64,000 nt of DNA from Planctomycetota bacterium (GCA_039029375.1 JBCCGH010000003.1:63375-127374); one strand, 5' to 3'; counted from the stretch's first letter, positions 14,312 to 23,558 are shown. A program made the numbers and translations. Notes: a model not told the origin generated them from the letters alone.

Positions 14312-15688
14312 ATGACCACACCGCATCCCTACGAGGCCCAGAAGCGCGAGAACGACGCCAAGGTGCTCGCCGCCGAGCGTGCCGGCAGCGGCGTAGTCGA
14401 CGGTTGGCCCATGCACGCCGTGTTCGAGTTCACCGGCGCGTGCAACCTCCACTGCTTCATGTGCGGCTTCGAGATGCTGCGCGACGAGCTCCGCGACAAG
14501 GGCCAGACGCGCTTCACCTTGCCGATCGACATGTTTCGGCTCGTGGTGGAGCGCGCCTTCCCTCACATCCGCACGGTCAACCCGACCCTCGGCGGCGAGC
14601 CCCTCGTGCTGCCCTACTTCGACGAGCTGCTCGAAGCCGTGGCGCATTACGGCTGCAAGCTCGAGATGTTCACCAATGGTATGCTCCTGCGCGGCGAGCG
14701 AATGGAGAAGATGCTGCCACACGTCGCGCGGCTCACGGTGTCCTTCGACGGCGCCACCAAGGCCACGTTCGAGCACATCCGCACCGGCGCCAACTTCGAG
14801 CAGGTCGTGGACAACGTCGCACAGTTTGCGCGCCGACGCCGCGGGCTGGGCCTGCGCGATCAGCTGAAGTTCTGCTTCAACGTCGTGCTCATGCGCGAGA
14901 ACGTGCGCGAGCTGCCGGCCATTGTCGATCTGGCCGCGGCGCACGACGTCGAGTTCGTGTCGGCGTGCTACATCATCGAGACCGACCCCAGCCTGCGCGG
15001 CTCGCTGCCGACCCACTGTCCGGCGGAAACCAACGCGGCTCTGGCCGAGGCACGCGCGCGGGCCAAGGCCCATGGGATCGAGATCGAGTTCCCCGAGCCC
15101 CTCCCGGAAGACGCGCCGCCGCCGGCCGCAGCCGCGCCCCGGTCCGAGCCCCGGTCCGAGCCCCGGTCCGAGCCCCAATCCGAGCCCCAATCCGAGCCAC
15201 CGTCGACCAAGACAGCCGCCGCGACCAAGGCCGCCGCCCCAGAGGCCGCGCCAACCGCAGTGCCCACGGCGACGCCCGCCGAATTCCCAGCACCACCCGC
15301 CGAATTCGTCGTGCCCGAGCCCGCCTGCGCAGCCCCGGACGCGGGCGCCGTCGAGGAGCCGGCGCCGCGGCCGATGGCCCAACCCGCGGATTGGCGCGGC
15401 AAGTACTACTGCGACATGCCGTGGCGCCGCGTCTTCGTCGGGCTCGGCGGCGAGGTCTTCCCCTGCTGTGGGCCCGATCGGCCGATCCTCGGCAACGCGT
15501 TCGAGCAGGACTTCCAGACGATCTGGAACGGCGAAGAGTACCGCCGCCTACGCGAGGGGCTCTTCACCGGCAACCTGACGGACTACTGCGCCAAGTGTCC
15601 CTACCTGCAGAAGGCGGGGATGCTTCCGTATCAAGAACGTACGGAGCCGCGACAAAAACCGCCGGATTCGGCCGTCGCGGCGGAGTAA
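14312..15688 (+). CDS. Radical SAM protein with C-terminal SPASM/twitch-like Cys motifs and an internal Pro/Ala/Glu-rich insertion
   Basis: CxxxCxxC cluster: FTGACNLHCFMCGF. It has a TIM-barrel-type radical SAM core. The C-terminus reads YYCDMPW...FPCCGP...DYCAKCPY. A low-complexity linker of about 95 aa (PRSEPRSEPRSEPQSEPQSEP...) lies between the core and the Cys-rich tail. The start taken is ATG 14312. Confidence 0.85.
   Translation: MTTPHPYEAQKRENDAKVLAAERAGSGVVDGWPMHAVFEFTGACNLHCFMCGFEMLRDELRDKGQTRFTLPIDMFRLVVERAFPHIRTVNPTLGGEPLVLPYFDELLEAVAHYGCKLEMFTNGMLLRGERMEKMLPHVARLTVSFDGATKATFEHIRTGANFEQVVDNVAQFARRRRGLGLRDQLKFCFNVVLMRENVRELPAIVDLAAAHDVEFVSACYIIETDPSLRGSLPTHCPAETNAALAEARARAKAHGIEIEFPEPLPEDAPPPAAAAPRSEPRSEPRSEPQSEPQSEPPSTKTAAATKAAAPEAAPTAVPTATPAEFPAPPAEFVVPEPACAAPDAGAVEEPAPRPMAQPADWRGKYYCDMPWRRVFVGLGGEVFPCCGPDRPILGNAFEQDFQTIWNGEEYRRLREGLFTGNLTDYCAKCPYLQKAGMLPYQERTEPRQKPPDSAVAAE
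15137..15196 (+). repeat. 12-nt tandem repeat x5 inside the radical-SAM gene (encodes PRSE/PQSE x5)
   Basis: ccccggtccgag occurs 3 times, followed by ccccaatccgag twice, in frame. Confidence 0.95.
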
Positions 15689-15788
15689 GCGCGCGGCGCC
15701 GCGACCGTTCCGCCGCATTCGGCCCAACCGCCTGGGCCAAGGCCGGGGGTCGATTCGAATCCGGTGGTTTTTGTCGCGGCTCCGTACG
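15638..15788. mobile_element. Inverted-repeat element B (33-bp arms, 85-nt spacer), MITE-like or a very long hairpin
   Basis: The left arm at 15638-15670 is cgtacggagccgcgacaaaaaccgccggattcg. The right arm at 15756-15788 is its reverse complement with 1 mismatch. The left arm lies inside the last codons of the radical-SAM ORF (stop at 15686-15688). Partial copies of the arm are at 59112-59145 and 61378-61408. Confidence 0.6.
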
Positions 15789-15794
15789 GCCGGA

Positions 15795-16127
15795 TCAATG
15801 CAGGTCGGCGAGGACGCTGTACTTCTCGGCGAGCAGGTAGTAGAAGGTCACCCGCGACTTGCGATTATCCGCCGACATGGTCTTGCAGACGTCTTCGATC
15901 GCCGCGTCGAGATCGGCGTCGGACTCGCTGCGGTTGAGCTTCTTCTTGAGCCAGCTCTCGCGAACGCGCTCGAGCTCGCTCTTGTCGGAGCACGACACGA
16001 GGGCGGCGTCGCCGTTCGGGTTCTGAAGTGCGATCCCCAGGTGCTTGACGATACCGGCCACCGCTGCCTCGTCGGCGTCGGGACGATAGGACTGGACCTT
16101 GGGAAGGAAATCTGCTGCGGATGCCAT
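15795..16127 (-). CDS. DUF2853-family small protein
   Basis: A 110-aa protein. SDKSELERVRESWLKKKL and RKSRVTFYYLLAEKY match my recollection of the DUF2853 consensus (SD..ELE.VK..FL.KKLGL ... YY.L.K.F). Confidence 0.6.
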   Translation of the reverse strand: MASAADFLPKVQSYRPDADEAAVAGIVKHLGIALQNPNGDAALVSCSDKSELERVRESWLKKKLNRSESDADLDAAIEDVCKTMSADNRKSRVTFYYLLAEKYSVLADLH

Positions 16128-16192
16128 AGGGCTACCGTTCTATCGGAAATGGGAACGAACGGCCGCGATCCTAGGGGCGGGCGGCGCCCATT

Positions 16193-16272
16193 CCAGACAA
16201 ACAACGGCCCAGACCAACACGAGCCCAGACAAACAACGGCCCAGACCAACACGAGCCCAGACCAACATGAGC
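16193..16272. repeat. Intergenic 32-nt tandem repeat, 2.5 copies
   Basis: ccagacaaacaacggcccagaccaacacgagc occurs at 16193-16224 and 16225-16256, then a partial ccagaccaacatgagc. Confidence 0.9.
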
Positions 16273-16523
16273 TACGACGACTCGGCGCGCGACCACGCCG
16301 AGGGCTCACCATCGTCCTCGTCGAGCGTAACGTGGATGACGTTGGGGTGGCAGCAGACGGGACAGTCCTCGACGTACCGCTGCGAGGCGCCTGCCGCCAC
16401 GTCGATGGGCACCACGATCTCCTCGCCGCACGAGTCACAGATGTAGCTCGCCGTGAACACGGCGCGAGGATACCCGATGGAGCGGCCGAGCCCGCCACCA
16501 GCGGCCACCGGCGTATAGTGCAC
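16272..16523 (-). CDS. CPXCG-motif cysteine-rich (zinc-ribbon-like) small protein
   Basis: ...YICDSCGEEIVVPIDVAAGASQRYVEDCPVCCHPNVIHVTLDEDDGE. This is a CxxC ... CPxCC pair with an acidic tail. The likely true start is GTG 16460 (62 aa), because 16523 would leave 2 nt to the divergent kinase gene. Confidence 0.6.
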   Translation of the reverse strand: MHYTPVAAGGGLGRSIGYPRAVFTASYICDSCGEEIVVPIDVAAGASQRYVEDCPVCCHPNVIHVTLDEDDGEPSAWSRAESS

Positions 16524-16525
16524 CT

Positions 16526-17698
16526 ATGACGGCGCCGGCGGCGCAAACCCCCAATCGGTCCATGGAGCTCTCGGCTCTGTTTGCGGCCACGGTGCTCGTC
16601 GCCGCGGCGCCGGCGCTGGTGCGTTATGCGGCGCCGACGCTGGCCTACGGGACGCTAGTGACGGCGGTGGCACTTCAGTGCGTTCTCGGCACCTTCGTCT
16701 TTCCCTCGGTCGAACGCCACCGCCCCCGGCACCTCCCCTACCTCGCGACCCAAACCGCGTTGGCGCTGGCGATCATCTACCTGGCGCGCAGCTACGGTCC
16801 GGTCCCGATCATCCTGATCCCGCTCGCCGCCCAGGCGGGCCTGCTGCTCGAGTGGCGCGGCGCGATGGTCTTCGCGGTCACGCTGACCCTGCTGAAGAGC
16901 GCCCTCAATCTGGCCCTCGGCGCCGATCTCGACTGGCTCCTGGTGTGGACGCTGACCGCCGGCACCGGCGTTTTCTTTGGGGTGCTCTTTGCCCAGGTGA
17001 TCCGCGACGTGCGCCGCTCGCAGGCCGAAGTCGAACGACTCAATCGCGATCTCTCCGCCGCCAACGAACGCCTCCAAGACACCGCGCGTCACACCGCGTC
17101 GCTCGCCGCGGCGGAGGAACGCAACCGGCTGGCACGCGAAATCCACGACAGCGTCGGCCACGCGCTGACGACGCTGCGGGTACAGCTCGACGCCGCCGGC
17201 CAGGTACTGAGCCAAGACCCCGACCGCGCCCGCGACCTGATCGACAAAGCGCACACGGTCGCCGGGCAAGGCCTGGACGAAGTCCGCCGGGCGGTCGCCG
17301 CCATGCGTGCCGAGCCCGTGCCACGCGAGCTGGCGACAGCGCTCACCGAGTTGGTCGAACGAGCGCGACAGACCGGCCTCCACGTCCAGCTCGACGTCGA
17401 CGGCGCACCACGACCGCTGGCGCCGGAGATCTACACCACGCTGTACCGCACCGCGCAGGAAGGACTCACCAACGTGCGCAAGCACGGCGCCAACGGCACC
17501 GCCCGGCTCTCGTTGACGTTGACCCCGGAGCGGGCCCGGCTCGCTCTGCGCAATGCCGCCGAAGCGAATGGCGCGGCCCCGCCCAGCGGCTTCGGCCTCC
17601 TCGGCCTGCGCGAGCGCGCCGAGTTCGTCGGCGGCTCGCTGCAGGCGCGGCGCGACGGTGACGAGTTCGTGCTCGACCTCGAGGTGCCGCTCCAGTGA
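16526..17698 (+). CDS. Membrane sensor histidine kinase, HisKA_3 (NarX/DesK-like) type
   Basis: The N-terminal 160 aa are hydrophobic with several TM segments. A coiled coil follows, then the H-box EERNRLAREIHDSVGHALT and an HATPase_c region (GLTNVRKH ... GFGLLGLRERA). The 3' end overlaps the response regulator by 4 nt. Confidence 0.9.
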   Translation: MTAPAAQTPNRSMELSALFAATVLVAAAPALVRYAAPTLAYGTLVTAVALQCVLGTFVFPSVERHRPRHLPYLATQTALALAIIYLARSYGPVPIILIPLAAQAGLLLEWRGAMVFAVTLTLLKSALNLALGADLDWLLVWTLTAGTGVFFGVLFAQVIRDVRRSQAEVERLNRDLSAANERLQDTARHTASLAAAEERNRLAREIHDSVGHALTTLRVQLDAAGQVLSQDPDRARDLIDKAHTVAGQGLDEVRRAVAAMRAEPVPRELATALTELVERARQTGLHVQLDVDGAPRPLAPEIYTTLYRTAQEGLTNVRKHGANGTARLSLTLTPERARLALRNAAEANGAAPPSGFGLLGLRERAEFVGGSLQARRDGDEFVLDLEVPLQ

Positions 17699-18378
17699 CG
17701 GACCAGATCCGCGTGCTGCTCGTCGACGATCAGCCGCTGCTGCGCGAGGGTCTGCGACTCCTGTTCGAGCTGCAGTCCGACTTCGAGGTCGTCGGCGAAG
17801 CGGGCGATGGCGCCGAGGCGCTGCTGCGGCTCGAGGCCGCCACGGCCGTCGACGTCGTGCTGATGGACGTCCAGATGCCGGGCGTCGATGGCGTCGAGGG
17901 GACCCGGCAACTCCGCGCGCGGTTTCCCGACGTGCAGGTCATCATCCTGACAACCTTCGACGACGACGAGTACGTGTTCGAAGGGCTCCGCGCCGGCGCC
18001 TGCGGCTACCTGCTCAAGGACGTCTCGTCCGAGCGCCTCTTCGAGGCGACCCGCGCCGCCGCCCGCGGCGAGAGCTTTCTGCAGCCGTCGATCGCCGCCA
18101 AAGTGGTGGCCGAGCTGAGCCGCCTCAGCGAGCCCACGACGCAGCGCGCCGCCGCCAACGCCGAGCTCGAGGCGCCGCTCAGCGACCGCGAGCTGGAGAT
18201 CCTCGGGCACCTGGCCGCCGGCCACAGCAACCGGCAAATCGCGGCGCACGTGTTCTTGAGTGAGGGCACCGTCAAGAACCACATCACCGCCATCTTGGCC
18301 AAACTGGGCGTCCGCGATCGCCAGGCAGCGGTGGCGGCGGCGCGAGAACGGCGCCTGCTCCCGCCGGGCGGCAGTTAG
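17695..18378 (+). CDS. Response regulator, NarL/FixJ family (REC + LuxR-type HTH)
   Basis: REC domain: IRVLLVDDQPLLREGL, DVVLMDVQMPGVDG. C-terminus: LSDRELEILGHLAAGHSNRQIAAHVFLSEGTVKNHITAILAKLGV. Confidence 0.95.
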   Translation: MTDQIRVLLVDDQPLLREGLRLLFELQSDFEVVGEAGDGAEALLRLEAATAVDVVLMDVQMPGVDGVEGTRQLRARFPDVQVIILTTFDDDEYVFEGLRAGACGYLLKDVSSERLFEATRAAARGESFLQPSIAAKVVAELSRLSEPTTQRAAANAELEAPLSDRELEILGHLAAGHSNRQIAAHVFLSEGTVKNHITAILAKLGVRDRQAAVAAARERRLLPPGGS

Positions 18379-18561
18379 TGGTGTGGCGTGCTCTAGTGTT
18401 GCGTGTCGGAAGTTCGTCACAGATGTCGACGGCCCTCTGCGCCGCTCGCGGCGTTGCGTCTCCTCGACTTGTCCACCAACAAGCCCTGCGTCGACAGCGC
18501 CTTGCGAGCGGCACACATGGCTCGCCGACTTACGCAACCAACTTCCGACACACAACACTAG
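18376..18561. mobile_element. MITE-like palindromic element A, copy 1
   Basis: Imperfect terminal inverted repeats are ctagtgttgcgtgtcggaagtt and aacttccgacacacaacactag. The core is about 80 % identical to 30216-30384. The element begins in the TAG stop of the response regulator and ends 5 nt before ATG 18566. Confidence 0.75.
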
Positions 18562-18565
18562 TGAC

Positions 18566-19807
18566 ATGATGACGCCAAGGCCTCCTCGATCACCCAGCTG
18601 GCGCTCCACCGTCCTCGCGGTCGTGATCGGGCTGCCAGCAGCCGCGCAAGACAACGCCACCACCCGACCATGGCTGGAGCTCACGCCCCCTTGTGCGCCG
18701 GGCGCCAAGGCACCCGAGCTGTCCGGGCGCGGCACCGACGTGGTGCTGAGCTGGATCGAGCCGGCAGTCGGCGCCGGCGACGAGCCGCGCCACGCGCTGC
18801 GGTTTGCGCGCCTCGAGGACACTGGCTGGGGCCCCGCGACCACGATCGCCGAGGGCCACCGCTGGTTCGTCAACTGGGCCGACCTCCCGGCCGTGATCGA
18901 CGGCCAAGACGGTGCCATGCTCGCGCACTGGCTGCAACGGCTCGAAACACGGCACGCCTACGCCGTGGAACTCGCGCGCTCCGACGACCGCGGCAAGACG
19001 TGGCGGCGCGTTGGCCGACTGCACGACGACAAGACCCAGCAGCAGCACGGCTTCGTGTCGATGCTGGCGGTCGAGTCACACTTTGTCGCCCTATGGCTCG
19101 ACGGCCGCGCGCGCGACGCGGATCCCAGCGCGCCGGTGATGCAGCTCCGCGCGACCCGCATCGACGACGCCGCGCGGCCGAGCCAAGTCGTCGACGGCGA
19201 CGTTTGCTCGTGCTGCCAGACGTCGGCCGTCCTGACCGACACCGGCGTCGTGGCGGTCTACCGCGACCACGACGCCGGCGAGATTCGCGACATCTCCGTC
19301 GTGCACGCGGCCACGCCTTGGAGCAAGCCCAAGCCGGTGCACCGCGACGGCTGGGAGTTCCCCGGCTGCCCCGTGAACGGTCCGGCGCTGGCCACGGACG
19401 GGCATCGCTTGGCCGCGGCGTGGTACACCGCGGCAGAAAGCAAGCCGCGCGTGCTGGTCGCGTTCGCGCCCTCGCCGACAACGGCGTTTGATGCCCCCAT
19501 CGTGATCGACCACCAGAATCCGGTGGGCCGCGTCGACGTGGCGTGGGTCCCGGACGGTGCGGTCGTCAGCTGGCTGGCGCGCGACGGCGAGGACGCCGCG
19601 CTGCGCTTGCGTCGCGCGAGCCCTGACGGCAACCTCGGGGAGCCGCTGACGATCGGCCGCACCAGCCCCGGCCGCGGCAGCGGGTTTCCGCGCCTCGCGC
19701 GCAGCGGCGACCGCCTCGTGATCGTGTGGCAGGGCGAGGGCGAGGGGCTACCGCTGCGCACGGCGATCGTGTCGATCGGGGCGCTGCCGAAGCCGTTGCC
19801 GCGCTGA
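18566..19807 (+). CDS. Secreted BNR/Asp-box (sialidase-like beta-propeller) protein
   Basis: Signal-like N-terminus: MMTPRPPRSPSWRSTVLAVVIGLPAAAQ. Asp-box: SDDRGKTW. It has a repetitive beta-strand-rich sequence. Confidence 0.6.
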   Translation: MMTPRPPRSPSWRSTVLAVVIGLPAAAQDNATTRPWLELTPPCAPGAKAPELSGRGTDVVLSWIEPAVGAGDEPRHALRFARLEDTGWGPATTIAEGHRWFVNWADLPAVIDGQDGAMLAHWLQRLETRHAYAVELARSDDRGKTWRRVGRLHDDKTQQQHGFVSMLAVESHFVALWLDGRARDADPSAPVMQLRATRIDDAARPSQVVDGDVCSCCQTSAVLTDTGVVAVYRDHDAGEIRDISVVHAATPWSKPKPVHRDGWEFPGCPVNGPALATDGHRLAAAWYTAAESKPRVLVAFAPSPTTAFDAPIVIDHQNPVGRVDVAWVPDGAVVSWLARDGEDAALRLRRASPDGNLGEPLTIGRTSPGRGSGFPRLARSGDRLVIVWQGEGEGLPLRTAIVSIGALPKPLPR

Positions 19808-19964
19808 ACCTCCGCACGAGGATGCGGTGATTCGCGGGCGCCCCTCGGTGGGCGGGACACTCAAGTAGAGTCTGGCCTCGGTCGCATTTTGGTTCCGGTC
19901 GAAGCCCAGACCCGCGCCTATAGGGTGCCACTCCGCCGACCACGCCGCCCCCCTTGGTACCACG

Positions 19965-21053
19965 ATGAAGCCAGCCGTATTCATTGCAACAGCGTTCACG
20001 ATCTCCGCGTCAGCACTGGCGCAACCCATCATCATCGTCGACCAGAGCGGTGGTCCGGGTGCCCAGTTCACCGACCTACCGCCTGCGGTCGCGGCCGCCC
20101 CCCCGCGCGCCATCCTGCAAGTTCGTGCGGGTCAGTATTCAGCGTTCACGACCAACAAACCTCTACGCGTGCTCGGTGAGCCCGGCGTGCAGATCGTCGG
20201 CGTCCCCGTGGTGCGTCGCCTGCCGAAGGGTGAGCAGTTTGTGCTCCGCGGCATGCACGCCTCTCCGACGTTGTGGCGTAACCAAGGTCACATCCATCTG
20301 GAGGACGTGTCCTTCGGCCTCGTGGACATCGATGCCTGCGCGCACGTCAGCGTCACCGCAGGCGGCCAGGGGATCATCCGTGCCACCGACAGCTCCGTGG
20401 TTCTGAGCAACGTCACCGGGTGCGGTCAGCCGGGCTGCTTACTTGTGCTCGTGCCCCTCTTCGGGGGAGAGGCGTTGCGGATCACACGCAGCCAGGTCGT
20501 TGCTGCGGGCGGCTCCTATACGGGAGGCAACGGGACCTACTCCGGCGGTGAGGCCATCCTGCTCAACAGCGGTCGGCTGACCATCACCGACCAGACCCGG
20601 GTGCAGGCTGGCCAAGGCGGCCCCCCGAGCTATGGGATCCCCGCCATCGTGGCCAACAACGGTGAGCTGATCGTGGATCCCGGCGCCGTCCTCGCCCCCA
20701 CCGAGTCCTCCCCACCCGTGATTGGTGGGGCGTCGCTCACCTCGGCCGCGGTCGCCTACCTCGAGATGGACGCTTCGGCGGCGCAGCTCGCGTCCACGCT
20801 GCACGCTCCGGCCGGTCAGCAAGGGTTCGTGCTCGCGAGCGCCCCAACGCCACCCATCCCGTTGCCGATCATGGACTTGTGGGTTGATCCGTTGCACGTC
20901 GTCATCGCGGGAGGCACCGTACCAGCCAGCGGCATGCTCACCGGCTCGGTGTCGGTGCCGCCAGTCGCTCCCGGGACGGTGGTCGCGACCCAAGCGGTCG
21001 TCTTGGGTTCAGCTCCGTCGCTGTCCAATCCCGTCGTCACCCGGGTGGAGTAG
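19965..21053 (+). CDS. Secreted parallel-beta-helix-like protein with the shared C-terminal domain (paralog 1 of 3)
   Basis: Signal peptide: MKPAVFIATAFTISASALAQ. The segment IIIVDQSGGPGAQFTDLPPAVAAAPPRAILQVRAGQY is shared with the genes at 59489 and 62551. The C-terminus is ...PIPLPIMDLWVDP...ATQAVVLG.... Confidence 0.7.
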   Translation: MKPAVFIATAFTISASALAQPIIIVDQSGGPGAQFTDLPPAVAAAPPRAILQVRAGQYSAFTTNKPLRVLGEPGVQIVGVPVVRRLPKGEQFVLRGMHASPTLWRNQGHIHLEDVSFGLVDIDACAHVSVTAGGQGIIRATDSSVVLSNVTGCGQPGCLLVLVPLFGGEALRITRSQVVAAGGSYTGGNGTYSGGEAILLNSGRLTITDQTRVQAGQGGPPSYGIPAIVANNGELIVDPGAVLAPTESSPPVIGGASLTSAAVAYLEMDASAAQLASTLHAPAGQQGFVLASAPTPPIPLPIMDLWVDPLHVVIAGGTVPASGMLTGSVSVPPVAPGTVVATQAVVLGSAPSLSNPVVTRVE

Positions 21054-21179
21054 CCTCACCCGCCAGACGCACATCGATCTCGGAGCGCAAGCCAACCCCA
21101 GGTCACGCCCAAACATGACCCGGACGTGACCTGCCCGGTCGTCGCCCTGGCCTAACCTCGGCCCCCGCGAGGCCAAGCC

Positions 21180-22694
21180 ATGACTGACCGAACGATGCTC
21201 TCCCGCCGCCGCTTCTCCCAGCTCCTGGCCGGCGCCGCCGCCGCCGGGTGGCTCGAACTCCCCTACGCCGCCCGCCTGCTGGGCCGCCGGACCAACCGCC
21301 TCAGCTGGCGCGCCCACCGCACCGCTGGCGCCGAGGGGGTCTGGGCCCTCGACGACATCGACGGCGAGATCCCCGCCGACCTCCATGGCACCCTCTACCG
21401 CACGGCGCCGGGCGAGTCCGAGCGCTTTGGCGTGACGTTCCAGCACTTGTTCGACGGCGACGCCTACCTCAGCGGCTACAGCTTTCGCGACGGCAAGGTG
21501 ACGCTGCGCGCGGGCTTTCTCGACCAGCCCCGACGCCTGCGGGAGCAAGAGGCTGGCAAAATGCTCTACTCCGAGTTCGGCACCGCGACCCCGGACGGCA
21601 ACGGCCGCGACGGCAAGAACCAGCCAAGCGTCAACGTCATCCCCTGGGACGGCCGCCTCCTCGGCCTTTCCGAAGGCGGTCACCCGACCGCGATCGATCC
21701 GGCGACGCTACGCACGCAGGGCGGCTGGGACTTCCACGGCACGTTGCCCCAGCAGCACTCGTTCACCGCGCACCCCAAGTTCGATCCCGCGACCGGCCTC
21801 GGCTACTGCTACGGCATCGTGCAGGGCCCCGGGATGGCGCTCCGCGTCTACCGTATGGAGCGCGACGGCACGCTGACCAACCTGTTCAGCCTGCCGCAAC
21901 GCGGCTACTTCATGGTGCACGACATGATGCTCACGGCGGAGCACATCGTGTTCTTGGTCCCGCCGGTGACATTCGACCTCGGCCAGCTGATGAACGGCGA
22001 GGGCACGATCGGCGACTGCCTGCGGTACGCCGAGGACCGGCCGTTGCGGGTGCTCGTGATGCGCAAAGACGGCGAGGGCGTGGCCGACGAGATCGACCTG
22101 GACGCGGGCATGGTGTTTCATCACGGCAACGCGCGCCTGGACAGCGACCAGCTCATCCTCGACTCGCTGCTCTCCCCCAGCGGCGACGTGCTGAAGTTTC
22201 TGCATGCCTGGGCCGCCGACAAGATGCCGCGAGGGCAGCCGGTGCAGGCGACGCGGTTGACGATCGACCTGGCCAAGGGTGAGCTGGCGAGCCGCGATGT
22301 GTTCGCCGAGCAAGAGGAGTTCCCGCGCTTTGACGAGCGGCACACCGGCACGGAGGCCCGCTACCTCTACGCCGCGGGGCAGCCGCCGAAGGACGACGGC
22401 ATGGCGTTCCAGGCGTTGGTCCGGCACGACCGGCGCGAGGGTACGGACGAGGCGCGCCGCGTCGCCGCGCACCAGACCGTGGCCGAGCCGGTGTTCGTCC
22501 CGCGGAACGCGGATGCGGCGGAAGGCGACGGCTGGCTGCTGCAGCTAGGCTACGACGGACGTCGCGACCAGACGTTCCTCGACGTCGTCGACGCCGGCAC
22601 GCTGGACCGCGCAGCGCGCGTGTGGACCGGCACGCACATCCCGCTCGGCTTCCACGGCACCTTCGCGCCCGACCTGTTCGTCGCGGCGGAGTAG
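21180..22694 (+). CDS. Carotenoid cleavage oxygenase (RPE65/CCO) family protein, Tat-signal-like N-terminus
   Basis: The N-terminus LSRRRFSQLLAGAAAAG is twin-arginine-like. The conserved His contexts are HPKFDP, MVHDMM, FHHGNA and GFHGTF. Confidence 0.85.
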   Translation: MTDRTMLSRRRFSQLLAGAAAAGWLELPYAARLLGRRTNRLSWRAHRTAGAEGVWALDDIDGEIPADLHGTLYRTAPGESERFGVTFQHLFDGDAYLSGYSFRDGKVTLRAGFLDQPRRLREQEAGKMLYSEFGTATPDGNGRDGKNQPSVNVIPWDGRLLGLSEGGHPTAIDPATLRTQGGWDFHGTLPQQHSFTAHPKFDPATGLGYCYGIVQGPGMALRVYRMERDGTLTNLFSLPQRGYFMVHDMMLTAEHIVFLVPPVTFDLGQLMNGEGTIGDCLRYAEDRPLRVLVMRKDGEGVADEIDLDAGMVFHHGNARLDSDQLILDSLLSPSGDVLKFLHAWAADKMPRGQPVQATRLTIDLAKGELASRDVFAEQEEFPRFDERHTGTEARYLYAAGQPPKDDGMAFQALVRHDRREGTDEARRVAAHQTVAEPVFVPRNADAAEGDGWLLQLGYDGRRDQTFLDVVDAGTLDRAARVWTGTHIPLGFHGTFAPDLFVAAE

Positions 22695-22714
22695 CGGTGC
22701 CGCCGCGCGGCGGG

Positions 22715-23539
22715 CTACAGGTAGTCGAAGCGCTGCATCAGCTCGCCGCAGACTTCCTCGATCACGGCGACGTCTGCCTCGGACAGCTCGCGCTGCCAGC
22801 GACCACGCGAGCTCTCCGGCGTTGGCGCGGTGCCGTGCGTGCGGAAGGGCCCGCCGGTCTCGAGTGCGCGCTCAACCCACTTGTGCCATTCGAGCCCGAG
22901 GAACGCGAGGACCTGCTCGATGTGGTGCCGAGGCTCGGCCACGGTGTCCTCGTAACGCATGACTAGCGGGTTCGCCACGCGCTCCAGCAGCCCGGCGTAG
23001 AGCGTCGACCAGGAGCGCGCCAACACCGGCGCGGTCAAGTCGATGAGCTCGGGGTAGTTCGCCTTGATGTTGTCGCGCTTGGCGTATGCACGCCACGAGC
23101 AGAGGACGTCGCGCGGGTCGCGGACGAGGATCAGGTAGCGGTAGTCCGGCCAGAGGTTCATGGCCGTGAGCGCCGCGCGCGGGTCCGGCAGCTTGTCGCC
23201 AAACCAGCGGTACTTCTTCTTCGGAAACAGCTCGCGGTAGAAGTCCTCGGCCGCCTCCTTGGTGCGCCCGGTAAACACCTTGGCGATCGCCGGCTGATGG
23301 TGCTCGCCCACGATGCCGCGCATGTGCACGTCCTCGCGGGTCACGAAGTGACCGATGCGCGTTTCCGGCACGTTCACCAGCTCCACGCAGAAGTGGAGGA
23401 AGTCGAAGACGCGCGCCTCGTTGGACAGTGCGATCTCGGGATGCTCGCGGAGCACCTCGTACAGCCACGTCGACCCGCAACGGCCGGAGCCGAGGATCAA
23501 GAAGAGCGAGGCGTTGGGACGGTCGGAGGCCGCGGGCAT
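22715..23539 (-). CDS. Sulfotransferase family protein
   Basis: 5'-PSB-like loop: LILGSGRCGSTWLYEVL. A later RDPRDV segment is 3'-PB-like. The ATG at 23539 lies 19 nt after the stop of the upstream GTPase-kinase gene. Confidence 0.7.
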   Translation of the reverse strand: MPAASDRPNASLFLILGSGRCGSTWLYEVLREHPEIALSNEARVFDFLHFCVELVNVPETRIGHFVTREDVHMRGIVGEHHQPAIAKVFTGRTKEAAEDFYRELFPKKKYRWFGDKLPDPRAALTAMNLWPDYRYLILVRDPRDVLCSWRAYAKRDNIKANYPELIDLTAPVLARSWSTLYAGLLERVANPLVMRYEDTVAEPRHHIEQVLAFLGLEWHKWVERALETGGPFRTHGTAPTPESSRGRWQRELSEADVAVIEEVCGELMQRFDYL

Positions 23540-23558
23540 GCTGCGCAAAGAGTAAGGC

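Noticed and set aside
14312-15688. The radical SAM/SPASM protein as the anaerobic sulfatase-maturating enzyme for the sulfatase at 45918.
   Set aside because: It lies 30 kb from the sulfatase. The Cys pattern of the tail is only partially SPASM-like. A long low-complexity insert is atypical for such enzymes. Adjacency to the NRPS-PKS is the stronger context. The idea is not excluded, only unsupported.
15745-15790. A tRNA-like T-loop string (tcgattcgaatccgg) suggesting a tRNA or tmRNA fragment or an att site.
   Set aside because: No acceptor, D or anticodon arms can be drawn. The string is part of the right arm and spacer of inverted-repeat element B.
15137-16272. Whether the 12-nt and 32-nt tandem repeats might be a CRISPR array.
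   Set aside because: The repeats are directly adjacent with no unique spacers. One is in frame inside a gene. No cas genes are in the window.
22695-22714. A GC-rich palindrome (gccgccgcgcggcggg) between convergent genes as a bidirectional terminator.
   Set aside because: The stem is imperfect and there is no U tract. It is indistinguishable from background GC-rich self-complementarity.
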